Part shown: positions 34,734 through 43,411 of the stretch, piece after piece
Position numbering within the stretch: position 1 is the stretch's first letter
How the letters are laid out: each line of letters begins with the position of its first letter
Source: Chloroflexota bacterium
GTDB lineage: Bacteria > Chloroflexota > Dormibacteria > Dormibacterales > Dormibacteraceae
Assembly (NCBI GenBank): GCA_005882115.1
Contig: VBEG01000021.1
Coordinates: 25,498-89,497 of the forward strand
DNA length: 64,000 nucleotides
Direction: 5' to 3'
Translations under genes and position numbers: made by a program
The notes under the pieces: model-generated
Database searches by the model: none
What the model was told of the DNA's origin: nothing
Seen by the model: only the letters and a program-made list of their open reading frames with translations

Positions 34734-36068
34734 CTAGATACCGCCCGCGTCGCTGATGGCTTTGGTCTGGTCGGGGGTCAGCTGTGCGACCCTGACCTCG
34801 TTTCCCTGCGCGTCGTATTTGACCAGTATGTAACCCGATACCGAGTTGTTGTACTGGTCAAAGTTGTTCTCGCCGCCGGCGCCGACGAAGCGGATCGACT
34901 TGCCGGCCTTCAGCGCGGCGACCCCGTCTTTGTATGTGTTGACGACCGTGGCCCCACTCACCCCGTTGGCGATCTCCTTGATCTTCGAGTTATAGACCTT
35001 CGGGTCTGAGCTGTTGGTGGCGACCATCGCGAGCGCCGTCATGATGATCCCGTCGTAGAGGTGGAGGGTCGAGCCGCGCTGCTTATATTTGGGTGCGTCC
35101 GCGAATTGCGATGACGCAGCGTTGAGGTTGGTCAGAAACTCTGTATAGGCAGGTCCGGAAAAGCTGTAGCCGAGATCGACGCCACGGTAGTTGGCCACCA
35201 GGTCGTTGACGCCAATCGCGCTCTTGACCTGTTGGAACCAGGTCGGGTCGATGGTGGCGGAGGTCCCGATGAAGGGAATCATCTTCCCGCCGTTGAGCGT
35301 CTTGACTTCGCCGAGGTAGGTGCCCGCCGAGCCGAGAGCCTCCGTGAAGATCACGTCCGGGTGTGTGGCGAGCATGGCCGCGACCTCGGTCCGGTACGAG
35401 GACGCCCCCAGGGTGATTGGCTGGTTGATCGCGATGGTGCCACCCAGCTTGGTGAAGGCATTGGTCGCGGGCTGGACGAAGGCCTGTGAGCCGATGTCAT
35501 TTCCGAACACGAGCGCCGCTCGCTTGTAGGGCGTGTGATCGGGGCCATATAGTGCCGACCCGACCATCGCGTAGGCGTCGAATATGTCGGCCGGCACGAG
35601 GCGATGGAAGTACTTGAGCGACGTCTTGTTGAACTCGCTCTGTCCGGTCATGCAAAACATCGGAATATGCGCGCGATCGATGACCGGGGCGACGGTCGCA
35701 GCCTCGTCGGACGTGCAGCCGACGACCGCCATCAGGTTGCTCGAGTGGCTCGCGATCATCGCGTTCGCCGCCGGGAAAGCATCGGCCGGCTCACCGCGGG
35801 TGTCGAACTGCTGACACTTCACCTTTCGGCCCCCGACCCCTCCATTGGCGTTAATCGAGGGGGCGGCCGCGAGACATGCCGAGTAGTAGGCGGGCCCGAG
35901 ACCCGCGTCGGCACCCGTGAAGGGGGCGATCACGCCCACCAGCAAGTCGCCCGAGCCGAGGCCACCTCCGGTCGAATTCGATCCGCCGCCACAGGCGGCC
36001 AGAACTAAGATCGCCACCGTTGAAAGACCCGCCCGGACAAAGGATTTACGCGCCTGGAAGGTGCTCAC
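34734..36068 (-). CDS. Liv-type (Peripla_BP_6) ABC substrate-binding lipoprotein
   Basis: GTG start 5 nt after GGGAGGAAG. Lipobox LAACGG. Type-I periplasmic binding protein pattern. Confidence 0.75.
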   Translation of the reverse strand: MSTFQARKSFVRAGLSTVAILVLAACGGGSNSTGGGLGSGDLLVGVIAPFTGADAGLGPAYYSACLAAAPSINANGGVGGRKVKCQQFDTRGEPADAFPAANAMIASHSSNLMAVVGCTSDEAATVAPVIDRAHIPMFCMTGQSEFNKTSLKYFHRLVPADIFDAYAMVGSALYGPDHTPYKRAALVFGNDIGSQAFVQPATNAFTKLGGTIAINQPITLGASSYRTEVAAMLATHPDVIFTEALGSAGTYLGEVKTLNGGKMIPFIGTSATIDPTWFQQVKSAIGVNDLVANYRGVDLGYSFSGPAYTEFLTNLNAASSQFADAPKYKQRGSTLHLYDGIIMTALAMVATNSSDPKVYNSKIKEIANGVSGATVVNTYKDGVAALKAGKSIRFVGAGGENNFDQYNNSVSGYILVKYDAQGNEVRVAQLTPDQTKAISDAGGI

Positions 36069-36096
36069 ACTTCCTCCCTTCTCAGTTGATGGCTGG

Positions 36097-36120
36097 ATTG
36101 TCGACATTATTGACGATAAT
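36097..36120. promoter_or_regulatory. candidate GntR/FadR-type operator(s) in the divergent intergenic region
   Basis: AT-rich ATTGTCGACATT (core palindrome TGTCGACA, fits the GT-N-AC type) followed by ATTGACGATAAT. Lies between the SBP start (36068) and the gntR start (36136). Confidence 0.45.
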
Positions 36121-36135
36121 CTTCCCGACAGCAAC

Positions 36136-36807
36136 ATGAGAGTCCGGGCTCCCAGGTCAGACGCGTATCACCAGCTGCGTGAGGCAATCGTGAGCGGCCA
36201 GTTCCACCCCAACGAGCGGCTGGTCGAGGCTGCCGTCGCCCAGCGCATGGGAGTCGGTCGGACAGCGGTCCGAGCCGCCTTGGTGAGGCTCGACCAGGAA
36301 GGCCTGGTCACGCTGGAGCCGAACCGGGGAGCGCGAGTGCGGCATATCTCCGATCGCGAGGCCCTGGAGATCGAGGAGGTGCGTGGCGCGCTCGAGGGCC
36401 TGCTGGCCCGGCGCGCGGCCGAGCGGGCGACGGCGGATGACCTCCAGGAGCTGCGCCAGGTCATCTCCGAGATGCGCGAGAGGGTCGAACGGGGTGACGC
36501 GCTCGGATATTCGGAGCTCAACGCGCGGTTCCATCAGCTCATCTGGACGGCGGCCGATCATCCGACCGCGGCCAGGATCGCGGGCGACCTCAAGTCACAG
36601 GCGATTCGGTTCCAGTATCAGACCGCCCTGCGACCGGGCCGTGCGCAACGCTCGCTGCACGAGCATGAGGCCATCTTCAACGCTTTGAAGACGCATGATC
36701 CGGACGGGGCCGAGGCCGCGATGCGTGATCACCTCGCTGAGGTGATCGACACGCTGCGTTGGGCGATCGACGGGCTGCGCCGCGGCGAGCGCTGGCTGCC
36801 CGGCTAG
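36136..36807 (+). CDS. GntR-family transcriptional regulator with FCD (FadR C-terminal) domain
   Basis: wHTH: LVEAAVAQRMGVGRTAVRAALVRLDQEGLV. FCD helices follow, with H..H motifs. Confidence 0.85.
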   Translation: MRVRAPRSDAYHQLREAIVSGQFHPNERLVEAAVAQRMGVGRTAVRAALVRLDQEGLVTLEPNRGARVRHISDREALEIEEVRGALEGLLARRAAERATADDLQELRQVISEMRERVERGDALGYSELNARFHQLIWTAADHPTAARIAGDLKSQAIRFQYQTALRPGRAQRSLHEHEAIFNALKTHDPDGAEAAMRDHLAEVIDTLRWAIDGLRRGERWLPG

Positions 36808-37760
36808 TCTTTCCGATGCGAGCTCGCGTCTCGCAGTTTCGCGAGCCCGTAAAGGGCCCGTATAGCCGGCACGGAAACGCCAATGCCGTCGGCAAGCTCG
36901 ACCACCGCGCCCAGCAAGGGGTCCAGCTCGAGGGGCTTTTGAGCCTCGATATCCTGGAGCATCGACGTCTTGTGGTCGCCAACCGCGGCGGCCCCCGCCA
37001 TCCGCGACTCGACGCTCACCGGCAGTTCGATGCCGAGGGCGCTTGCCACTGATGCGACCTCCTCCATGAGCGTGCGCACGAGCTGCCGTCCCTCCGAGGA
37101 TTGGAACATCTCGCCAAGCGTGGCTCCGGTCACGGCGCTGACCGGGTTCAGCACCGCATTGCCCAGGAGCTTGAGCCAGATCTCGTTGCGAAGTCGAGAC
37201 TGCACCGGGGCTTTGAAACCGGCCGCGGTAAGCAGCGCCGCGATGGATTGCACGCGCTCGCTCTTGGAGCCGTCCGGCTCGCCCACCGAGAAGCGATTGC
37301 CTTCCATGTGGACGATTACGCCCGGTTCAACGACCGAAGCGGCCGGATAAACGACACAGCCCACCACCTGCTTGAGGGGGATGTTGCGCGCGATCACGCC
37401 GCCCGGGTCTACGGCCTCGAGATGGCGGTCGGCGAAATACCACCATGGGATTCCGTTCATGGCGCCCACCACCGAGGTCGAGCCCCAGAGCGACGAACCA
37501 ATCGTCGGAGCCAGGGCTGGGAGGCTGTGCGCCTTCAAGGTGATGAAGACCACATCGCACCCGCCGACGGCTGCGATGTCGTCGGTGCATCGTGGATTCA
37601 CGGTGAACTCGCCATCGCCGTTCCGCACGGTCAGCCCGCGCTGCTGCATCGCGGCCAGGTGCGTACCTCTTGCGATCAGCACCACGTCCTGGCCGCTGCG
37701 GGCGAAATGCGCCCCCAACAGACCGCCGATCGCCCCGGCGCCGACGATCGCGATTTTCAC
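36804..37760 (-). CDS. panE: 2-dehydropantoate 2-reductase (ApbA/PanE family)
   Basis: MKIAIVGAGAIGG Rossmann motif and ApbA_C pattern. GTG start overlaps the upstream stop (GTGA). Confidence 0.7.
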   Translation of the reverse strand: MKIAIVGAGAIGGLLGAHFARSGQDVVLIARGTHLAAMQQRGLTVRNGDGEFTVNPRCTDDIAAVGGCDVVFITLKAHSLPALAPTIGSSLWGSTSVVGAMNGIPWWYFADRHLEAVDPGGVIARNIPLKQVVGCVVYPAASVVEPGVIVHMEGNRFSVGEPDGSKSERVQSIAALLTAAGFKAPVQSRLRNEIWLKLLGNAVLNPVSAVTGATLGEMFQSSEGRQLVRTLMEEVASVASALGIELPVSVESRMAGAAAVGDHKTSMLQDIEAQKPLELDPLLGAVVELADGIGVSVPAIRALYGLAKLRDASSHRKD

Positions 37761-39262
37761 TGACGCGCGTTCAGGGCGTCGGCCACAGTCCGTCGCTGGA
37801 TCTTCCCGGTGGCGGTTCGGGGAATCTGGTCGACGATGTAGAGCTTCTTTGGCACCTTGTAGTCGGCGAGACGTTCGCGAGCAAAGGCGATGATCTCCTT
37901 TTCGCTGGCCTCACCCTTCAGGACCACAGCCGCGGCCACCTCCTCACCCCAGGTCGGATGCGGACAACCGAACGCCACCGCCTCCCCGACCGCCGGGTGT
38001 TGCAGAAGCGCATCATCGATCTCTCGCGGCGCGATCTTTTCGCCGCCACGGTTGATCATCTCTTTGAGCCGCCCTATCAACGTGAGGTAGCCTTCCGGGC
38101 CGAGCGTGCCCTGGTCGCCGGTGCGAAACCAACCTGCAGTGAAAGACTTCGCGTTCGCCTCAGCATTGTTCGCGTAACCGTCGGTGACGCTCGGGCCCTG
38201 GATCACGACCTCGCCGTGGACGCCCGACGGCAACATCGCCTGGCCTTCATCCATGATCCCGATCTGGACTCCGGTCCCGACGCCGACCGTGCCTGGACGT
38301 CGATCGCCCGGCGGCAGCGGATTCGAAGCCATCTGGTGAGATGCTTCGGTCATGCCATACGCCTCGAGCACCGGGGCGCCGAATCGCAATTCAAGCTGAC
38401 GCATTGTCTCCGGCGACAGCGCGGAAGAGCTCGATCGGATAAAGCGGAGTTTCGCTGAGCCAGGGGGCCGCTCTCCGCGATTCCGCATGAGCAGCATCTG
38501 GTGGATGGTGGGCACCGCCGAATACCACGTGGCGGAGTGCTCGTGGACCACCGGCCAGAAAGTCATCGGGTCGAACTTTGCCGGCAGCACCACCGCGCCT
38601 CCCGACGCTAAGGTCGCCATCGTCGACGCCATCAGGCCGTGAATGTGGAACAGTGGCATCACGCACAGCGCGACGTCATCAGGTGCCAGTCTGTAGGTGT
38701 CCGCGATGCTTCGCGCCGAAGCAAACAGGTTGCGCTGCCTGAGCGGGACCAGTTTGGGCCGGCTGGTCGTCCCGCTGGTGTGCAGAACCAGCGCGATGTC
38801 CTCATCCGCGGGACCTCCGGCGGAGCGCGACTCATCGCGCGGGGTCTCAGACTCGAGCCGGATCGATCCGGCCTCATCGAGAGATGCTTCGACGAGGATC
38901 GCCCCCGACGGGATGGCTCGACGTGCAGCGGCCGCCTGACCGGGCGGCACTACCAGCGCCCGTGCATCGACGTCTTCGAGGTAAAACCGAAACTCGTCCT
39001 CTTTGTAGGCGGGGTTCAGCGGGGCGGCTGTGCCGACGGTTGCGGCGGCGACAAAGAGAACAATCGCCTCCACGCAGTTGGGCAGAACCAATGCGATCCG
39101 GTCGCCGCGGCCAAGCCCCATACGCGACAGCTCGTCTGCGACTGCAGCCACTTGCTCACGCAACTCTCGGTATGTGAGGCGGGTTCCGCCCGGGACATCG
39201 ATCGCCAGATCGTCGCCCTGCCCACGTTCGAGAATGCGGTTCAGGGTCGCTGCGGCCATCAA
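37757..39262 (-). CDS. AMP-dependent acyl-CoA synthetase/ligase
   Basis: LHTSGTTSRPKLV (A3), YGMTE, GWFRTGD and RGGEKI motifs. Confidence 0.85.
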   Translation of the reverse strand: MMAAATLNRILERGQGDDLAIDVPGGTRLTYRELREQVAAVADELSRMGLGRGDRIALVLPNCVEAIVLFVAAATVGTAAPLNPAYKEDEFRFYLEDVDARALVVPPGQAAAARRAIPSGAILVEASLDEAGSIRLESETPRDESRSAGGPADEDIALVLHTSGTTSRPKLVPLRQRNLFASARSIADTYRLAPDDVALCVMPLFHIHGLMASTMATLASGGAVVLPAKFDPMTFWPVVHEHSATWYSAVPTIHQMLLMRNRGERPPGSAKLRFIRSSSSALSPETMRQLELRFGAPVLEAYGMTEASHQMASNPLPPGDRRPGTVGVGTGVQIGIMDEGQAMLPSGVHGEVVIQGPSVTDGYANNAEANAKSFTAGWFRTGDQGTLGPEGYLTLIGRLKEMINRGGEKIAPREIDDALLQHPAVGEAVAFGCPHPTWGEEVAAAVVLKGEASEKEIIAFARERLADYKVPKKLYIVDQIPRTATGKIQRRTVADALNARQ

Positions 39263-39354
39263 TCGCTAACGCTACTTCAGGTCGAACGCCGACGTAGAGC
39301 TGATCGATAAGGCCTGTTCAACGTGCTGTGCAGGGCCAGCCAGAGAGCCTGTTG

Positions 39355-39370
39355 AGAGTGGGCCGGGAGG
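39355..39370. repeat. left copy of the 16-bp direct repeat (target-site duplication) AGAGTGGGCCGGGAGG
   Basis: Identical to 40655-40670. Abuts the IS left end. Contains a copy of the last 12 nt of tRNA-Tyr. Confidence 0.85.
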
Positions 39371-40654
39371 TGTGGGATTTCACCACATTGTTGACACGTC
39401 GGGGGTTCGGATGTCGCAGGACATAGTTGACACCACCGAGATGGAGGTGTGGCTATGGCCCTGGGCCGGTACCTGGTGGAGGCGGTTGTCCTCGAGCGCC
39501 GGAGTGTCAGCGAGTTGGCGCGCCGCCACGGCGTCTCGCGCTTCTGGATCTACAAGCTGCTCAAGCGCTTCCACGAAGGTGGCTTCCCCGCGCTGGAGCC
39601 GCGCTCTCGGCGACCCAGGACGTGTGCTCACCAGACGGCTGCCAGCGTCCAGGCGGAGATTCTCCAACTCCGCCAGGAGCTGAACGAGGCCGGTCACGAC
39701 GCCGGCCCTCAGACCATCGCCTACCACCTCATCGGTCGCGCCGAACCAGTGCCTTCAGTGGCGACGATCTGGCGCATCCTCAAACGTCACGGCCTGGTCA
39801 CACCCCAACCCCAAAAGCGGCCGCGCTGCTCCTTCATCCGCTTTGAGGCCAAGCTGCCCAACGAGACCTGGCAGTGCGATGCCATCGCCTGGCAGCTGGC
39901 CGACGGTAGCCCGGTCGAGATCCTCAATATCGAGGACGACCACTCACGCTTGTTCGCCAACTCGTCTGCCTTTCCCACCCTCAAAGCTGGAGACGTCGTC
40001 GCCGCCTTCTTTGCGGCCGCCGATACCTATGGCCTCCCGGCGTCCTTGCTGACCGACAACGCTGCCGTATTCAGCGGCGGCTCGCGGCGGGGCAAGGTCC
40101 CGCTTGAGTTAGAGCTGGAACGCGTCGGCATCGAGGTCAAGCACTCGACCCCTTATCACCCGCAAACCTGCGGCAAAGTCGAACGCCTCCATCAGACACT
40201 CAAGCGCTTCCTGGGCAAGCAACCGCCCGCGAACTCGCTTGCCGAGCTGCAGTTCCAACTCGACGTCTTCCGCGACTACTACAACCAGCGACGGCCCCAT
40301 CGTGCCCTGGGCAAACAGACACCGCTGGCCGTGTTCAACTCCGGCATTAAGGCGCGACCTAATCTGCCACTGGAACCCACTCACTACCGAGTGCGCCAGG
40401 ACCGGATCGACTCCTTCGGCAAAGTCACCCTGCGCTACCTCGGTCGACTCCGCCACATCCCCGTCGGCGTTGCCCACCGCAACCGAAAGGTGCATCTCCT
40501 AGTCGCCGGCGCTGACGTTCGTGTCGTGGCAACCGACGGCACCTTGATCCGTCAGCTCACTCTCGACCTGACTCGCGATTACCAGCCCCTCGGTGGGCGC
40601 TGGCCTGTGCACAATGTCCTGCGACAGGCGTCAACGATGTCCTGAGACATGACA
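39371..40654 (+). mobile_element. IS481-family insertion sequence (1284 bp)
   Basis: Imperfect ~31-bp terminal inverted repeats starting TGT (TGTGGGATTTCACCACATTGTTGAC / TGTCATGTCTCAGGACATCGTTGAC). Single DDE/rve transposase ORF. Flanked by a perfect 16-bp direct repeat. Confidence 0.85.
39449..40645 (+). CDS. IS481-family DDE transposase (HTH + integrase core)
   Basis: N-terminal HTH (RSVSELARRHGVSRFWIYKLLKRF), then WQCD...EDDHSR...TDN...YHPQTCGKVERLHQTLK...YYNQRRPH. Confidence 0.9.
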   Translation: MAMALGRYLVEAVVLERRSVSELARRHGVSRFWIYKLLKRFHEGGFPALEPRSRRPRTCAHQTAASVQAEILQLRQELNEAGHDAGPQTIAYHLIGRAEPVPSVATIWRILKRHGLVTPQPQKRPRCSFIRFEAKLPNETWQCDAIAWQLADGSPVEILNIEDDHSRLFANSSAFPTLKAGDVVAAFFAAADTYGLPASLLTDNAAVFSGGSRRGKVPLELELERVGIEVKHSTPYHPQTCGKVERLHQTLKRFLGKQPPANSLAELQFQLDVFRDYYNQRRPHRALGKQTPLAVFNSGIKARPNLPLEPTHYRVRQDRIDSFGKVTLRYLGRLRHIPVGVAHRNRKVHLLVAGADVRVVATDGTLIRQLTLDLTRDYQPLGGRWPVHNVLRQASTMS

Positions 40655-40670
40655 AGAGTGGGCCGGGAGG
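40655..40670. repeat. right copy of the 16-bp direct repeat, overlapping the tRNA-Tyr 3' end
   Basis: Identical to 39355-39370. Confidence 0.85.
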
Positions 40671-40738
40671 GATTTGAACCCCCACAGCTTTCGCGGGTGG
40701 TTTACAGCCACTTGAGCTCGCCAATGCCCAGCCGACCC
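40659..40738 (-). tRNA. tRNA-Tyr (anticodon GTA), type II with long variable arm
   Basis: Hand-folded cloverleaf: acceptor GGGTCGG/CCGGCCC plus discriminator A, anticodon loop CTGTAAA, 12-nt variable arm, T-loop TTCAAAT. No encoded CCA. Confidence 0.85.
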
Positions 40739-40817
40739 ACTAAAGAGCCGTAATCGTACGAAATCACGGCCCGGTCCTTTGCCATAGCGCCCAAGCGTCC
40801 AACCTCATAATTCCCCC

Positions 40818-42107
40818 GTGGCGAAGGGGTACGCGCGATACGTGCTGGCCCTCATGTTCGGGATCAACCTGTTCAATTACCTCGACCGCTACGTCGCCGC
40901 CTCGGTGGCGCCGATGGTCAAGCGCGAGCTCAACCTCACCGACTCCGAGATCGGCCTTTTCGGCACCGCCTTCCTGCTCGTCTACGCGATCGCCGCGGTG
41001 CCCTTCGGCTACTGGGGCGACCGCGGCGTGCGCAAGAACGTGATCGCCGTCGGGGTGGCCATCTGGAGCGTCGCCACCCTCCTGACCGGCTTCGCCCGCA
41101 ACTACTTCCAGCTCTTCCTCAGCCGCGCGGTGGTCGGCATCGGCGAGGCCAGCTACTACCCGGCCGGCACCAGCCTCATGTCCGACTATTTCCCGAAGGA
41201 GCAACGCAGCCGGGTGATGTCGATCTGGGGCGCCGGCAGCACGGTAGGCATCGCACTCGGATTCGCAGGCGGTGGCTACCTCGCCGACAAATTCGGGTGG
41301 CGCGCGGTCTTCTTTATCGCCGGTGGGCCAGGCCTGCTATTCGCGCTCCTGGCGTACAGAATGCGAGAGCCACTGAGAGGCGCCGTTGAAAGGGGGCCCA
41401 GCCTCGCCAAGACGGCGGACGCCGGGCTTAAGCAGTTTCTGGAGCTCCTGCGCATCCCGACGTTGCGGGCGACCATCATCGCCCAGACACTCCTCTTCTT
41501 TGTCCTGGCCTCGAACGCCTTCTGGCTACCGACCGTCCTCCAACGGAGGTTCGAGCTGAGCGCTACCAAAGCCGGCCTCCTGGCCGGCGTCGTGATCGTC
41601 GTCGGCGGCCTGATCGGCACCCTGGCCGGCGGCTGGCTGGCGGACAAACGGGCGCTCACGACCCCGAGGGCTCATCTCGAGGTCGGGATCGCCGGCTTTG
41701 TCGCCGGCGCGGTCCTCGTCACGATCGCCATCCTCAGCCCGCTCAACATCGGGCCGGTCCCGGTCTTTGTGCCGATGTTCCTGCTCGCGGTGATCGCCCT
41801 CTACCTCTATGCCGGACCCTTCACCGCCCTTTCCCAAAACGTAGTGTCGCCTGGCTTACGAGCCAGCGCGGTCACGTTGCTCCTGTTCATCGCGCATGTC
41901 TTCGGCGACTCCCATTCCCCGTTCGATGTGGGCTTGCTTTCGGACTGGCTCGGCGGCAACCTTCAGCTTGCGCTGCTGATCACCTCGCCTACCCTGCTCA
42001 TCCTCGCCGCCGTGGCCGCGGCCATGGGCCTGAAAACGGTCAAGCAGGACACGGAAAGAATGGAACAGGACTGGGCGGCGCGAGGCGCCGAGGCGGCGGC
42101 TACCTGA
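40818..42107 (+). CDS. MFS transporter (Spinster-like, 12 TMS)
   Basis: LFNYLDRYV and GYWGDRGVRKNVI motifs. GTG start. Confidence 0.75.
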   Translation: MAKGYARYVLALMFGINLFNYLDRYVAASVAPMVKRELNLTDSEIGLFGTAFLLVYAIAAVPFGYWGDRGVRKNVIAVGVAIWSVATLLTGFARNYFQLFLSRAVVGIGEASYYPAGTSLMSDYFPKEQRSRVMSIWGAGSTVGIALGFAGGGYLADKFGWRAVFFIAGGPGLLFALLAYRMREPLRGAVERGPSLAKTADAGLKQFLELLRIPTLRATIIAQTLLFFVLASNAFWLPTVLQRRFELSATKAGLLAGVVIVVGGLIGTLAGGWLADKRALTTPRAHLEVGIAGFVAGAVLVTIAILSPLNIGPVPVFVPMFLLAVIALYLYAGPFTALSQNVVSPGLRASAVTLLLFIAHVFGDSHSPFDVGLLSDWLGGNLQLALLITSPTLLILAAVAAAMGLKTVKQDTERMEQDWAARGAEAAAT

Positions 42108-43067
42108 TCAGTAGATAAACCCGACCAGTCGCGAGCCGAGCTGGCCCGGCCTGATGGTTCGCTCGTCGATCACGTCGAACGCGACCCAGTTCATCTCCGA
42201 GACCACCCACGATCCGTCGGAATTCACCGCCTCGACGTACGCGACGTGCCCGGCCCAGCTCTCCCACGTGACCATGATCGAGCCCACCTTCGGCGTCGGT
42301 CCGACCGCGTAGCCTGACGCCGCCGCGTTCTGGTACCAGTAGCCGGCGTCACCGTTCCAGGTCACGTTCCGCTTGGTCGCCACGTAGTAGGTGCACCAGC
42401 CGACCGGGAACTTGTTGTTGACGTAAGGGCCGAGACAGCAGCCCAGGACCTTCACCGGGAAGGAGGACGGAGCGGTGTTCTGCTGCGCCAGGATCTGCCA
42501 CAGAGCCGGCGGCGGCGGAAACGCCCCACCCTTGCCGCCAGGGATGACCAACGTAATGCCCGGGGTGAGCGTCGTCGTGCGCAGCCGGTTGAAGTCGACG
42601 ATCACCTGCGGGTCGACCGAGTACTTCGTGGCCAGGGCGCCCACCGTGTCCGACGCCTTCGTCGTCACCACGACCCCATGGACCGGCGGGATGACGATCT
42701 GGTCGCCGGTGGCGACCGAGTCGCTGGAGTAGAGGTTGGTATTCGACCAGCGGATCTCGGCGACGCTCACGTGGTACTTCGTCGCGATCGTCTTCAGGTT
42801 CTCGCCGGAGGCGACGATGTACGTGAAGGGCTGGTGGCTGATCGGGGCCGATGTTGGGATCGACACCGGTTTGATGATCGTGCTGTACCGGCCAAGCGAA
42901 ACGTCACCAGACTCCCCGCCTTCCGCCACCATGATCGCCTCTGCATTCACCGGACCCAAGTGCGCTGTGAGCGTGGTCGGAAAGTGACGGTCCATCGCCG
43001 CGTAACTGGACATAGCCACCGCTATTCCGAGCACGACGGCATGGGTCAGGTAACGATTAATTCGCAA
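42108..43067 (-). CDS. peptidoglycan hydrolase: N-terminal anchor, two LysM domains, C-terminal CHAP domain
   Basis: LysM repeats (GENLKTIATKYHVSVAEI..., SDTVGALATKYSVDPQVI...). CHAP Cys (GWCTYYV) and His (GHVAYVE). TTG start is uncertain. Confidence 0.8.
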   Translation of the reverse strand: MRINRYLTHAVVLGIAVAMSSYAAMDRHFPTTLTAHLGPVNAEAIMVAEGGESGDVSLGRYSTIIKPVSIPTSAPISHQPFTYIVASGENLKTIATKYHVSVAEIRWSNTNLYSSDSVATGDQIVIPPVHGVVVTTKASDTVGALATKYSVDPQVIVDFNRLRTTTLTPGITLVIPGGKGGAFPPPPALWQILAQQNTAPSSFPVKVLGCCLGPYVNNKFPVGWCTYYVATKRNVTWNGDAGYWYQNAAASGYAVGPTPKVGSIMVTWESWAGHVAYVEAVNSDGSWVVSEMNWVAFDVIDERTIRPGQLGSRLVGFIY

Positions 43068-43411
43068 TGCCTACCCCTAGGATTTGGTGAATCCGCCCTG
43101 GCGGCGGGAGGATCCCCAGAAGACCGAGCCACCGTAACAGACGGTCGGCGAGCCAGTCAACCCCGTGGGGGCTACAACCGGTAGGTTGGCGAGAAGAGTT
43201 CGGGCCATCGGGTCCGAATTCAATTCGAATTTGAGGACTCGATCGCCAAAACGTCCGGCGCCGAACAACAGTTCGCCCGCTGGCACGCCGCCTGACTTGC
43301 AGTCGTAGCCGGGTCATGAGGACGTTCAACGTCACGCGATGTTGGTACTTGCCTGCCCCTCCGGCCGGCGACGGGCGCTCCCGAAGGGACCCCAAAAGGA
43401 ATGAGGAGGAG

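Noticed and set aside
33864-35009. Long antisense or alternate-frame ORFs (for example 33864-35009, 44332-45837, 51967-53025, 13430-14542, 12356-12982)
   Set aside because: They lie opposite strongly supported genes, are rich in Arg/Asp/His/Gly, and have no motifs. They are the expected shadow ORFs of GC-rich coding DNA.
43077-43286. 69-aa ORF in the LysM-CHAP leader (…CYGGSVFWGSSRRQGGFTKS), considered as a small peptide or RiPP precursor
   Set aside because: - Its third-position GC is clearly lower than in neighbouring genes.
- It has no SD sequence.
- No modification or transport genes are nearby.
- The region folds into multiple hairpins, so a structured RNA leader is more likely.
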